From NCBI GenBank assembly GCA_024679065.1, contig JAGIQG010000006.1, forward strand, positions 48,422,001-48,486,000: DNA of 64,000 nucleotides, written 5' to 3'. The notes under the pieces were generated by a model. That model did not search any database and was not told where the DNA came from. It was given only the letters and a program-made list of their open reading frames with translations. Below are positions 40,120-52,485 of this stretch, piece after piece. A program made the position numbers and the translations under genes. How positions within the stretch are numbered: the stretch's first letter is position 1; each line of letters starts with the position of its first letter. This stretch comes from Sphyrna mokarran (taxonomy: Eukaryota).

Positions 40120-41135
40120 TCAAAAACAGAGAGAAAACAAGGAAGCATAGGTCAATTAGCCTGACATCAGTCATCTGGAAAAGGTTTGAATCTATTATTA
40201 GGAGTCTTAAAAATGTACTTAGAAACTAATAGTATGATCAGGCTGAGTGAACATGGTCGCGTGAAAGCAAATTGTGTGTGACAAATTTAATGGGGTTTCC
40301 TGCTGATATAACTAATCAGGTAGGTAAAGGGGAGGTCAGTAGATCTGGTATACTTGGGTTTCCAACAGGCATTTGATAAGTAGCCACATTAAGGGTTAAT
40401 ATGCAACATGAGGGCTAATGTAATTCAGAACAATATGTTAGCATAGACGGAGAATTGTTAGTGAACAGGAATAAGTGCATAACATCCATTATTCCATTTC
40501 AGATTCCAGCATCCACAGTATTTTGCTCATCTTTTAATCTTATCTTATCTCAAGTTTGCTGTGCGAGTTATTCATAGAGGATTGGAACACTCCAAATTTA
40601 AGGGTCGGGCATAACATGCCTCCATTTATACAGGGGGAATCAAAATATAAAAACCTCTCTCTTTACAGATGTGTAGTGAGAGGAGAAATCAGGGCAGATT
40701 AAATTATCCTTTTACCCACCTATAACAACAGGTTGAGTCAATTGGGCATACACTGTGGCGTTTAGAAGAATGTGGTGATTTAATCGAACATACAAGATTC
40801 TAAACAGCTAGACAGATTAGACACATATAGGTTGTACACCTACCTGGGGAATGTAAACCACAGATGAACAATCTCATATTGATCACAAAGGACTGAGATA
40901 AGGAGAAATTTTACTGCTCAGAAGATTGTGAATCTTTGGAATTCTCTATCCCAGAATGTTGTGAGTGCCCCATTAATTGAACATATTCAAGTTTGAAAGA
41001 AATAAATTTTAATCTCTCAAGAAATCAAGGGCATATGGAAGCAGATAAGAAAGTGGAGTTGGGCCAGGTCAGCTACAATTGTATTTAAAGCAAAGAGCTG
41101 TATGGCCTAGTCCTACTCTGATTCTTTATGTTCTT
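40120..41135 (+). mobile_element. Decayed CR1 RT fragments
   Basis: RSISLTSVI, YLGFQQAFDK and VNLWNSL remnants. Confidence 0.75.
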
Positions 41136-41569
41136 AGAAGACCAAGGGCAACAGGGACCATCCCTTCCAAGTTACATTCCATCATGACTTGGAAATATAT
41201 CACCATGCCTTTATTGTTGCTGGATCAAAATCTTGGAACTTCATATTTAACAGTACTGAGTTGTACATACACACGGAGTGCAGAGGTTCAAGAATGCAGC
41301 TCATTTCTGAACGGCAATAAATGCTGGCTTCGCCAGTGATGCTCATATCATAGGGACTAATAAAACAAAATTCAAAGCAACCACAACTGTCACTACATAT
41401 CATTGTTTGAGATTGCCTCAGTTGTATTTCATTTGCAGGCACAGAAATGTTGAATGTTCCAAAATAAAACTGATAAAACACTCTTGAAATTAAATATGAT
41501 ATTGCTTCATCTATGTTGAATGACTTCCCAAGCTCACTGTTACTTAACAACTTCCCATTTCTTGGCCCT

Positions 41570-42605
41570 ACCTGACTGTTTCACCATGGACTAAGAATCT
41601 CATTACACTTTCATTTCTTACCAGGAGATCCAAGGATTCTCCACTTTTTCTCTGAATGGAGAACCAAACAGTCTCCATCCACCAGCACCATGCTTCATTT
41701 GACTAGATATGTTCTCATATTGAATAACTTTTCCACTTCTTCCAACTAAATACATTATATGGGTCTAGCCATATGTGTCTTTTTGTAGGATACATAGAAT
41801 AATCCTTGCTCCAGACTTAATCAGGTTCCCACCTTCATTACTTTTTGCTGTGCATTGATGTGTATAAGCACTGTCACTTGCTCTCATCGTAGACTGAAAA
41901 AAATTAACAACACTGCTTTCAAGCTCTACCCTAGTTTTGCCTTTTCACATCGACCATGAGTGACTCTTCACTCTCCTTTCTCGGCTTCTTGTCAGTTTTT
42001 TGGAAATGGCTAACAACAAATATTCACTATGAACCCACCAACTCCCACAACACCCTGTTTCCTGTAAGAATTCCATTCCGTTCTCCCAGTTTCTGTCCAC
42101 TGCATCTGTCATGATGATGAAATCTTCCATACCACACTTTAGATACATCTTCCCATATCCTCACTGAGGACTCCCAGACACTAGTTGGCAGTGCGCTTGA
42201 CCATGACCATTTCGTACACTTCTGCTCTTACTCCGAGCCCAACTCCATCATAACCATGATAGAGCCCTTCTTGTGTTCATCTTCCACTCCATAGGCTACT
42301 GTATTCAATTAATTATGCTCTGCCATTTCTTGCCACCATGAGACATACTTCCCCTACCCGTGTTCAGCATTCCAAAGGGACCATTTTTCCACATCATGTT
42401 GATCCATTCTGCAATCATCCCCACAACGCCTTCTTTTCTCATGGCATCTTTCCATGACAGCACAGGAGATGAAACACCTGCTATTTTACTGGCTATCACC
42501 TCACCTTCTAAGGCTTCAAATACTCTTTCCAGGTAAAAGTAATTTGAATGCAATTTAGTATACTGTTTTCACTGCTCACAATGCAATCTGCTCGACATGG
42601 CAAGG
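41570..42605 (+). mobile_element. Decayed Penelope-like element (RT to start of GIY-YIG)
   Basis: atgggtctagccatatgtgtctttttgtaggatacatagaa resembles MGPSYACLFVGYVE. aatttagtatactgt...tgctcacaatgcaatctgctc resembles NLVYCIxCxxCxLLYIG. Confidence 0.7.
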
Positions 42606-42761
42606 ATATTAGTGAAAAATATTTGCAAAAACAGTGAAAACTTAGAACTCTCTTTCACTAAACAACAAATTTAAAAAGTACTCATAAAGTAGAAGAAAGA
42701 TAATCAAACATTGCAAAGACAATCTTATACTTTGGCAAATTAACAGTAAATACTTAGGATC

Positions 42762-43055
42762 GTAGAATAATAGTGCAGAAGGAGGCCACGCACCTCATCA
42801 CCGACACAATCTTACCCAGGCCCGATCTCCATAACCCTATGAATGCTCGTCCCACTGACACTAAAGTGCAATTTAGCATGGCCAATCAACTTAACCCACA
42901 CACACTTGGACTGTGGGAGGAAACCGGAGTGCTGGAGGCAATTCATGCAAACATGGGGAGAATGTGAAAACTTCACACAGACAGTGACCCAAGGCCAGAA
43001 CTGAATCCAGGAGTCTGGCGCTGTGAGGCAGCAGTGCTAACCACTGTGCCAATGC
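42762..43055 (-). mobile_element. HE1/V-SINE copy
   Basis: Same motifs as 21595-21936. Confidence 0.9.
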
Positions 43056-43439
43056 ACTGTTCTCAAAGACCGAAAACTCAAAAATTTCGGCTTCCTCATA
43101 ATCCTAAACCCTACTGAGACTCCCAGTTCCCAAACAACAATCATAAACTTATTAGTCAAATCCAGCCAGTGATTACCACACCACGCAGCTTTGTGACCAG
43201 GATGTGGGAATAATCTTCAGTTCAGTGAAGAAAATGAACTTTTGCACAAACTGGTCTTTGCCTTCAGTACTTCATCTCTAGCCAAATTGGCTGCCCCACT
43301 TGCATGCTCTTCTATCTCTGGTTGAACTGGTTCCTGGGGATGGCAGCCTCTCTCTCTTGCTTCTTCAACACTCATCTGAGAATTCCTTCCTGTTTAACAG
43401 CACTCGGACTACTCATTGCATCAATTGCAAAGAAGATCT

Positions 43440-43888
43440 ATTCTCTGGAGATGAGGGGGTTAGCTTATGAGGAGAGGTTGAGTAGATTGGACCTGTACTC
43501 ATTGCAGTTTTGAAGGCTGAGGGGAGATCTTATAGAGATATATAAGATAATGAAGGGGCTAGACAGGGTAGAATCAAAGATTATTTCCACTTAGGAAGGA
43601 AACAAGAACTACAGGGCACAGCCTCAAAATAAGACAGAGTCAATTTAGAACAAGAGTTGAGGAGGAACTTCTTCTCCCAGAGGGTATTGAAGCAGTGGAT
43701 GTGTTAAATGTGTTTAAGTCACAGGTAGATAGATTTCTGACCAATAAGGGAATTAAGGGTTAGGGAGAGTAGGCAAGTAAGTGGAACTGAACCACTATCA
43801 AATCAACCATGATCTTATTGAATGGTGGGACAGGCTCAAGGGGCTAGATGGCCTACTCCTGCTCCTATTTCTTACATTCTTATGTTCT
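43440..43888 (+). mobile_element. CR1 3' fragment
   Basis: Closely similar to 27010-27487 (MRGLAYEERLSRL). Confidence 0.88.
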
Positions 43889-43994
43889 TTCCTTTCTCTT
43901 TGCTGCTGCCCAGACGTGGTTTACAAAACAAATGGGTGTTTAATATTACTTGAGCCAAAAAATAATAGCATCCTATCATTTTATGACAACTTCA

Positions 43995-44820
43995 AAAGGA
44001 CAAAGACAGATTGATGGAATGGGTGAACAACTGACATGAAATTTAATGCTGAGAAGTATGAACTGATCCATTTCAGCAAAAAGAACAAGGTGAGACATAA
44101 TCAAAAAGGCAACACAATACTAAAAAGAGTGCAGAAGCAAAAGAACCTGAGTGTATACGTACACAAATCATTGAAGATACTAGGGCAGGTTGAGAGCGTA
44201 GTTAATAAAGCATATGGAATCCTGGGATTTATAAACTGGGGCATAGAATGAAAAAGCAAGGAAGTTATAATAAATCTTTATATTAATAAGAGTATTGTGT
44301 TCTAGGCACCCAATTTTAGAGGAAATATGAAGACATTGGAAAGAGTGCAGAAAAGATTCCTGAGAATGGTTTAGGGATGAAAAACGTCAGTTGCATTGAT
44401 AGGTTGGAGAAGCTGGGGCAGTTCTCTTTGGAGAAGAATAGGTTGAGAGGAAATTTGGTGGAGGTGGTCACAGTCATCATAGATCTGGACAGAATAGATA
44501 GAGAGAAACTGTTCCCATGAATGGAATGATCAAGAACCAACAGATGCCAAAATAAGGTGATTAGCAAACAAAGCAATAACAATAAGGAAAGTTTTTCTCA
44601 TAGCATGAGTTTAGAATTCAAAATGCATTGTCTGAATATGTGATGGAAGTAGATTCAATTGTGGCTTTCAAAAGATAATTGGGTATTTATCTCATGAAAA
44701 AAATGCAGGGCACCATGGAAAAAGTGGGGGAGTTGGACGAGAAAGGTTATTCTTGCAGACAGCCAGCACAGATCGAACAAACAAATGGCCTCCACTGTGT
44801 TCATCTGTTTTATGATTTTT
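43995..44820 (+). mobile_element. CR1 3' fragment
   Basis: MKFNAEKYELIHF...VVNKAYGILGFI is the CR1 RT C-terminal region. Confidence 0.85.
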
Positions 44821-44909
44821 TTAATCTATTCATTACACAATTATGAGGCACCTCTTTTAAGGCCTTTTGAAAATCTAGATAATTTTTACTGAATTACATT
44901 GTTATGATA

Positions 44910-45230
44910 GGGTGGTACGGTAGCACAGTTGTTAGCTCTATTGTTTCATAGCTCCAGGGACCTGGGTTCAGTTCCCAGTTTGGGTCACTGTTTGTATGGA
45001 GTTTGCACATTTCCTCATGTCTGTGAGGTTTCCTCCTGGTGCTCCTGTTTCCTCCCACATTCTAAAAATGCGTGTGTTAGGTTGATTGGCCATGCTATAA
45101 ATTGCCCCTTCAAATTGTGAAACGTGTAAGTTATAGGGATATGGGGGTAGGGCCTGGGTGGGATGGTGGTTGGTGCAGACCAAATGGGCTCAATGGCCTC
45201 CTTTTGCACTTTAGGGTTTCTATGATTTTC
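44910..45230 (+). mobile_element. HE1/V-SINE copy
   Basis: Head, V-domain and tail recognisable. Confidence 0.9.
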
Positions 45231-46373
45231 AATGATTTTATGATACTGAACCAAACTCCCAAATTTTGCAGCAATGTATTTAGGGACCAGTAACATTTTC
45301 TTTAAAGTAGACAAAACTTGAGATCTCAGGTACAAAGAACAATACAGCACAGGAACAGGTTTTTCTATCTCTCTGTTTGCCTATCAAGATACACCTTGGA
45401 CATTGCTAACATGTCTGCTTCCAGCACCACCACTGGCAGTGCATTCCAGGCATCCATCACCCTCTTTCCCCACATGTCTCCCCTAAATATTCCTCCATCA
45501 CCTTGTACCTGTTCCCTTTTGTAGTCAACTCTTCCACCCTGGGAGAAAGCCTCTAAATATCTATCTTATCTGTGCCTGTGATAATTTTGTAGATATTTAT
45601 CAAGTCGCCCTATCAGCCTCCATCTTTTCAATGAAAACAATCCACTCTTCTCCATCACTGATTGTTATATCTATAATTGTTAAGACTCTATGCTTTGGAG
45701 TTCCCACTCCACAAGTTTCTTCAAACCCATCTCTAGCCAAGTTCTTGGTCACCTGCTCCTAATGTCATCATCTTATGCCCAGCAATAATTTTTCTCTGAG
45801 TATGTTTCTATGCCACTCCTTGAGGCATTTTTTTTGCATTAAAGATATAAAACGCAAGTTGATTTTGTTGTCCTAAAAGTATGTAGCAAGTTCACAACTT
45901 CAAGACATCAAAGCCTTTCACATAAAATCCAAAATTCACAATCTCACAAACAACAGTATAATAAATGATGAGTTAATCTGTTAACAAAGTGTTGATTGAA
46001 GGAAATATGTTGGTCATGAGACCTGTATATGTATAGTGCTGTGGGATTTTTTATGTCTATCAGAGCATGAATACAGGATTTGATTTAATAAATCATTTGA
46101 ACCACGAAACCATTGGTATACTAATTCCTCAATCCAGCTGCAGGGTAAATATAGTATGGCTAATTGTGGCCTTCACAGTGTGCAAGAGCAAATCATCAGA
46201 AATGCACTTTGTATGTTTTATTGAGTAATTATTTAATGCAGAGTATATTACAAACTTCTGGAACCAAATAGAATGAAATAGTAACTTAAAAATACAGATA
46301 TTAAAACATCATTTGGAATTGCTGGTGTATGTAATTAATTAAAACATAACTTGCCACATAAAGAATAACCTAC

Positions 46374-46504
46374 CACACAGCATTCTGCTTCAGATTCTCA
46401 TCAATGTCACCAAGAGTTTGGCGCAATTCCATTTCCCCTTGTATATTCTCCAAGAGGCAACCTGACCAAGAATAATCCAACAGGTAATCTCCTTCCCATG
46501 CCAT
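46374..46504 (-). CDS. KIAA0825: KIAA0825 orthologue, first coding exon (exon 46374-46513 including 9 nt of 5'UTR)
   Basis: Manual translation gives MAWEGDYLLDYSWSGCLLENIQGEMELRQTLGDIDENLKQNAV(C), which resembles the recalled human N-terminus [44 protein letters not shown]. Acceptor tgtttccag lies before 46513 and donor gtaggt after 46374. The 131 coding nt end in phase 2. This frame is absent from the ORF track. Confidence 0.88.
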
Positions 46505-46929
46505 CACTGATACCTGGAAACAATAGTTTAAAGCAACAGTTTAACAGTGCTTGTAATATAAAATAAATCAATTTATCTAAAATCCAATTAAAGTAACATA
46601 ACATATTTTAAATACTAATATAACAGTAGAAAATGCTTCAGAAATTCAGTTTCTGTCATGAGAGAGGAAGTTGACGTTAAAGGTTGATGATCTTTCAAGA
46701 CTAAAAAATGTTAGAAATGAAAAGCCTTTAAGCAAATATAAAGTCAGGGAAAAGGGGCAAGAGAAAAAGAAAAAGGTGAACTCTGATAGGATGGAGGATA
46801 TTACATTTAAAATACAGAAGTGATAATGGAGCAAGACAAAAGAAGTGATAAAAACACAACAGAATACATAATAAAATCTTGCATCATCTCAGGATGTCCC
46901 AAATCTTTACTACCAAACAGTTACTTTGA

Positions 46930-48620
46930 AATGCTGCAAATTTTGGAAGGAGTTGTTTATAGGCCACTAAACAGTAGTGATTATGTAGGGCATAGTATTA
47001 ATTAGGAGATTAAAGAACCATGTAGCATGGGTAATAAAGTAATCATCATGGTGTCTTCAGTCTATACAAAGACTAAGCATGATTTTTTGTAGTGTGTCAT
47101 GGATGGTTTTCTAGACCAGTATGTTGAGGAACATGCTATTTTAGATCTAGTATTATCATAGAATCATAAAATCCTACAGTCAGAAGGAGGCCATTCAGCC
47201 CATCGAGTCTGCACCGATCAAAATCCTACCAGGCCCATAACCCTACATATTTACCCTGCCAATGCCCAACACTAGGATCAATTTAGCATGGCCAATCAAC
47301 CTAACTCGCATATCTTTTGGACTGTGGGAGGAAACTGGAGCACCCAGGGGAAACTCACGCAGACTCCGCATAGACAGCGATCTGAGGTCGGAACTGAACT
47401 TGGGTCTCTGGTGCTGCAAGGCAATAATTCTAATTACCATGTTATGAAAAAGGCTAAATAATAATTTTGCTGTAAAAAAATGTTTAGGGATAAGTGACCA
47501 TAATATGATAGATTTTTACATTATGTTTGAAAGTGAGACAGTTCAGGATATAAGGTATCAGGGCTAATTGGCTGAGCTGGAAACTGAGAAAACACATTGC
47601 CTGTATACATTGTATCCTGTAATGAACAGTGTTTAAAAAAATTGTATAATTTACAGCAACTATACATTCATTCATTGCCCAAAAAACAAAAAGTAAAATC
47701 AGTTAATCGTGGCTAGGAAAAGAAGTTAAGGATTGTAAAAGATAGAAAGAAAAGGCCTACAACTTGAGAGTTGGGATCCTTTAGAATACAGCAAAGGAGG
47801 ACCAAAAAACTGATAAAGGAAGGAAATGTAATTTGAATGTAAATTAGCAAAACATCAAACAGGTAAAAGCTTCTACAGATATGTAAAAAGGAAACATTTG
47901 GCTAAGAAAAACATGGGTTCATTACAGGCAGGGTCAGAGAAAAATGATATGGGGAATGGAGAAATTGCAAAGCTAAATTACTTTGTCTAGCTTCATTGAC
48001 GATGACACAATAAATCTCCCTGAATCAGAGATCCAAAGGACTAGGGAAATGAAAAATTGAAGGAAATTAATATTAGAAGATAATGTTGGAGAAACTAATT
48101 GGACTGAAGGTTGGTAAATCCCCAGAACCTGAGTTCTATATCCCTGATTTATATATCTCATATTAAAAGACGTAGCCATGGAGATAATAGCTGCATTGGT
48201 GATCATCTTCTAAAATTCTACAGATTCTGGAATGGATCCTGCAGACTAAAAAGCAAATGTTGGAGAGAGAAAACAGGATTCTGCAGGCCTAGAATTTATT
48301 ATAAAGGATGTGATAAATGGACATTTGGATAATGGATAATAAATGGGCATAGTCAACATGGATTATAAAAGGAATATCATGTTTGACGAACCTGTCAAGT
48401 TTTTCTGAGAATATTACTAACAGAATTTATGAAGAGGAGCCAGCGGATTTAGTATATCTGGATTATCAGAAGACTGCCCACATGGGAGGCTGGCAAAATT
48501 AAAACATATGGAAATAGAACATAATATACTGACATGGACTAAGGATTGGCTAAGAGGCAGAAAACACAAAATATGAATAAATGGGTCAATCTTGCATTGG
48601 TAAGTTACTCCAAAACAGTG
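46930..48620 (+). mobile_element. Decayed CR1 ORF2 with HE1 SINE inserted (47157-47441, minus)
   Basis: Endonuclease GVVYRP remnant and RT SQHG...SCLTNL...YLDYQK remnants. Confidence 0.8.
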
Positions 48621-50062
48621 ATTGGAGCCTATTTGGTAGGCCTGCCAATGGATAAAGCACCTGAGTCTATTACCACTAGTGTTTTCCTATAGTCAACCCC
48701 AATTAGGTCTTCATTTGAGTCCCTTGCAACAACACAACTCCTCTTCAAGGAATTCACATGATGACTGACATATGCACTTCACCTGGCTGCAGCCCACTCT
48801 GTCTAATGACTTGCCACATGCTGATCCCAACTCTACATTTGCCTCTAGCTTTTATACGTGCCCGAATCTGAGCTATTGTATGCAAGTGTGATGTCAAGTA
48901 ATCGTGCCTGCTCTTCACTCTCGTGGTTATGCTTTCTCCTGATTCTTTGGAGGTTGAATAGCAAATGGTTTATGACTATCAAAAAGCAAAAAAGTATTAA
49001 AGGGTGGGAGAGTGAGGAGTGGGATGGGAAATTGGATTAGGGAGGAAAGTAGGTGTCTGACAGTCACTTCGCCTGCAGTTTCTATTTCATGGCACATTTC
49101 AAGATGAGGGTGAGGAGTAAGCAGAGAAGGTGCACAAAGCAGCAATTTAACATTATCTTCTATTGGCCGCTGCAGTGCAGGGTATCATAGGTCCAATAGT
49201 AGCAAAAGTCCCAACGATTCTACAGATTGCCTTCTTAGGATGCTGAACCAAAGTTATTTTCCAGCAGCCTGCAATGCATTGCTATAGCTTCCCTTTTACA
49301 CAAACTGCCCACTTGCAAAAGGAAGTCTACCAAAGTAAGTGATAACTTGGCCCCCTGGCAGTGCAGAATCTGCCAGCAACATTCCAGATGGTAGTCCAGC
49401 ACAGAAGTCAATTAGAATTATGCTACAATCATGGAAATGACATGGGGCACCAATTTTTGTGCAACTGGCTTTATGTGGAAGAGAATTACAGACTCTAATA
49501 GCACAGAAGGAGCCCATTCAAATCATCTTGTCTGCACCAGCATCTTTTGGAAATGCAAGATATTTTTCTATTCATTGCAATTTTTCAAATTAATATCCTT
49601 CTAAATTTTCAGTAACTTTATCCCATTGGCCAAACAAAATTCACCAGTTTAAACAATACATCCAATGGTGGCCTGACATCACCTCAAAACCTTGAAGCCT
49701 TAAATCTAAACTATTCTTCAGCAAAATATTTTTACCAAACCAAAACCACCTGTCAATCACCATGATTTTTGATTGTTTTTGATCTGAGAGCAATCATATA
49801 GTTAACAGCTTCCCTGTTTTGTTTTCAGAATTCGGTTAAATGAAAACATGTTACTGCGTGTATTCAGTTAACCTTTGGATGGTTTAAATAGCAGGTTTGT
49901 ACTAAATAAATGGATAAAACTGTTGTTAATTGATTCATGATGATTGCAAAAAGAAAGAAATAGTGCATACATTTTAAAAGACATACAGAGCATATCTAGA
50001 GTAAATAATTTTAATTTGTATTTTCAAATGAAATAGTATGCTTGTTGGAAAGCCATATTTAC

Positions 50063-50107
50063 CCTCAAAAGGCTTTATCTTCTGCTCTGGGGGTTTAAAT
50101 GTCAGTT
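50063..50107 (-). other. Candidate KIAA0825 5'UTR exon
   Basis: ttctcaag acceptor and GAGG|gtaaat donor in unique sequence upstream of the ATG exon, which itself starts with an acceptor and so needs an upstream exon. No other support. Confidence 0.2.
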
Positions 50108-51579
50108 CTTGAGAATTGCATTTAACGCAATTTATAACATTATTCAAAAGGGAATTAAAGTGGTATACAAGAACTCTACCTTTAAATACATGGACAGCAG
50201 AAACAGAAAATCATTTTTCTTTGCTATTTCTGAAATTTTCACAGCTGAACAAAAATTCTTAACTCTAAAACATTGCATACTATGCATTTCCAGTTGTAAT
50301 TATTTATCACTATAAAGCATATTGCCAAAAATTAACCAGTTGTACAGGGCGTTATGAAGGTACAATATAAACACTTATCGCAACTCAAGTGCTAGATAAT
50401 GGAGGGTGTCAGTGTCAATTTCATTTTCACACACTCAGTTTCCTCCATCTATCCTGATTTTAATAATCCCTGTCAAATCACAAAGTCCACATTACCTTCT
50501 TGACATTGGAGCCTTCAACGGAGAGAAAAGAGCTCAACATTCATTTAACTGCTTCAAAAGAAAGCTGTCTAGCTGGACAAATATTATTTTCACACTTGAC
50601 AAGCCTTACAGTTTACCAAGTTTTTTTTCAAACTGAAGCTGCCAACATATTGATATGAGTGACTTGTTCGGTGCTGATCTTCTCAGTGGATTAGTTACCC
50701 AACAATTGCATTTGTACTTTTAAAAGCTGAAAAAACTAGTTGTACAAAAAGATATGTCACTTTCAGAAGCATCAGAAATGAGGTTTAAATAAAAAGATCA
50801 AACTCTTCTGCAGACAAGAGAAATTATAGTCTGAAAAGATGTAGAATTTGTAAAGATATACATATGGTTACTGAATAGGTAATAAAACAACATATTTATT
50901 ACTGTTGTTCCCAGGCTGGCGAGACTTTATGTATTGCCCATCCCTAATGGCCCTCAGTATATTAAGAGTTAATATTGTGAGATGGAATCACATGTAGGCC
51001 AGGGTAGACAGGGTAGTGGGTTCCACTCAGATGGACAGTAGTGAATCAGTCAAGCTTAAGACAGTTGGCAGCTTAATTTTTTTTCCTAAAATGAGTTGCT
51101 AGCCCATGTAAGTACCAGATTTAGTTCATTAAATTTGCCATATTGTAGGGGGAATCCACTTTCTCCTTTAGAGTACTCAAGTTTGTGATACCAGATTCAC
51201 AAGTGTACGACTTAAACAGAATGACAAATAAGACAAATTTCCTCTGATAATTCACAATCATCTTAGTGAGTTAGCCACAGCTCTGAAATTTTGCATTTAG
51301 CAATCACAAAGTACAGTTACAAATACAGTTAAGTTACCTGGAATTCTGCCCTGTAAGAGGCTAAATCCCAAACTGTTCCTAACTTAGAATACCTAACTTT
51401 ATAGATAGTCACTTCTCAATTGCTCTTCTGATGGCAGTGAAATTGATCAGACCCTACAGATTCCCTTGGCTGCCCTACAATTTCTGTTCTGCTACTGGCC
51501 TAGCCAACTCATTCCCCAAATTTGGCAATACTGCAAACCTTCAATTCTGATTTGAAATTTACGATCTCAAAGCTTTTTT

Positions 51580-51806
51580 TCAAGTTTATTTGTTAGTCAC
51601 AAATAAGGATTACATTAATACTGTAATGAATTTACTGTGAAATTCCTCTAGTCACCACAGTCCAGCACCTGTTCGGGTTAATGCACCTAACCGCACGTCT
51701 TTCATGCTGTGGGAGGAAACCAAAGCATCGGAGGAAACCCACGCAGACACGGGGAGAATATGCAAACTCCACACACATTGACCCAAGCCAGGAATTGAAT
51801 CCAGGT
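51580..51806 (-). mobile_element. V-SINE copy (tail type as at 17755)
   Basis: gtgggaggaaacc...ggaggaaacccacgcagacacggggagaa. Confidence 0.85.
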
Positions 51807-52166
51807 TACATCTACCATTGATATATCTTATTTCCTAAAAAGTGCTTTCTGTGAAAGACACAAGTCATCTATTTTCTGCCGATAATCAACTTCAAGAATG
51901 CCAGTTTTTTACACCTCTGATGCTTGTACTTACACCACATTGGAGCTGATCTCCTTCCATTGTCTGGTTATTCATGTCATCAAGCACTTACTTCACCCCC
52001 TAGTGTAGTACAGGACACTTTTTTTTACTCATTTCTTCTCAAGTGAACTATGTAATTGCTTGCTCTGACCAAAATTTTTAACTCCAGAAGAACCTCAAAG
52101 GAGTTATTTATTGTTATACTTCAACGGTAAGATTTCAACTCTCAATCTCTGGATTGCTCATCCAAT

Positions 52167-52485
52167 GTAAGAAGTCTCTTACAACATCAGATTGAAGTCC
52201 GACAGGTTTATTTGGTAGTACAAGCCACAAGCCTTCAGCATGCTGCTCCTTCATCAGGTGAGTGGGAGTTGTGTTCACAAACAGGGCACATAAAGACACA
52301 AACAAACAAATCTGTGTCTTTATATGCCCTGTTTGTGAACACAACTCCCACTCACCTGATGAAGAAGCAATGCTCCAAAAGCTTGTGGCTTGTGCTACCA
52401 AATAAACCTGTTGGACTTTAACCTGATGTTGTGAGACTCCTTACTGTGCTTACTTACCCCAGTCCAATGCCAGCATCTCCACATT
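52167..52485. mobile_element. Palindromic Penelope-derived element (same family as 1737-2417)
   Basis: Arms of about 130 bp fold around aacaaacaaatc (about 52300-52312). Perfect 14-bp TSD attgctcatccaat at 52153-52166 and 52486-52499. Degenerate CTGATGA...GAAAGCT motifs in both arms. Confidence 0.8.

Larger units (their letters stand above)
17420..43430 (-). pseudogene. Decayed multi-exon gene nested in the KIAA0825 intron; candidate TASOR/TEX15 (DUF3715)-family paralogue
   Basis: Series of AG/GT-bounded non-repeat segments: about 43177-43389, 41397-41469, 39791-39910, about 39196-39284, 36172-38875, 30656-30777, 29354-29533, 28961-29026, 27874-27982, 22602-22697, 19859-20167, 18198 to about 19800, and about 17420-17660. 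Several join in phase. In-frame stops, frameshifts and TE insertions are present. The family assignment is inference from recalled motifs. Confidence 0.6.

Noticed and set aside
46407-46604. ORF-track 65-aa protein
   Set aside because: Wrong frame. The KIAA0825-like frame starts at ATG 46504.
48625-48670. tRNA-Arg-like 5' half (gccaatggataaagcacctga)
   Set aside because: No T-arm or B box and no acceptor stem follows; at most a fragment.
52135-52421. Mirror-image ORFs on both strands
   Set aside because: An artefact of the palindromic element.
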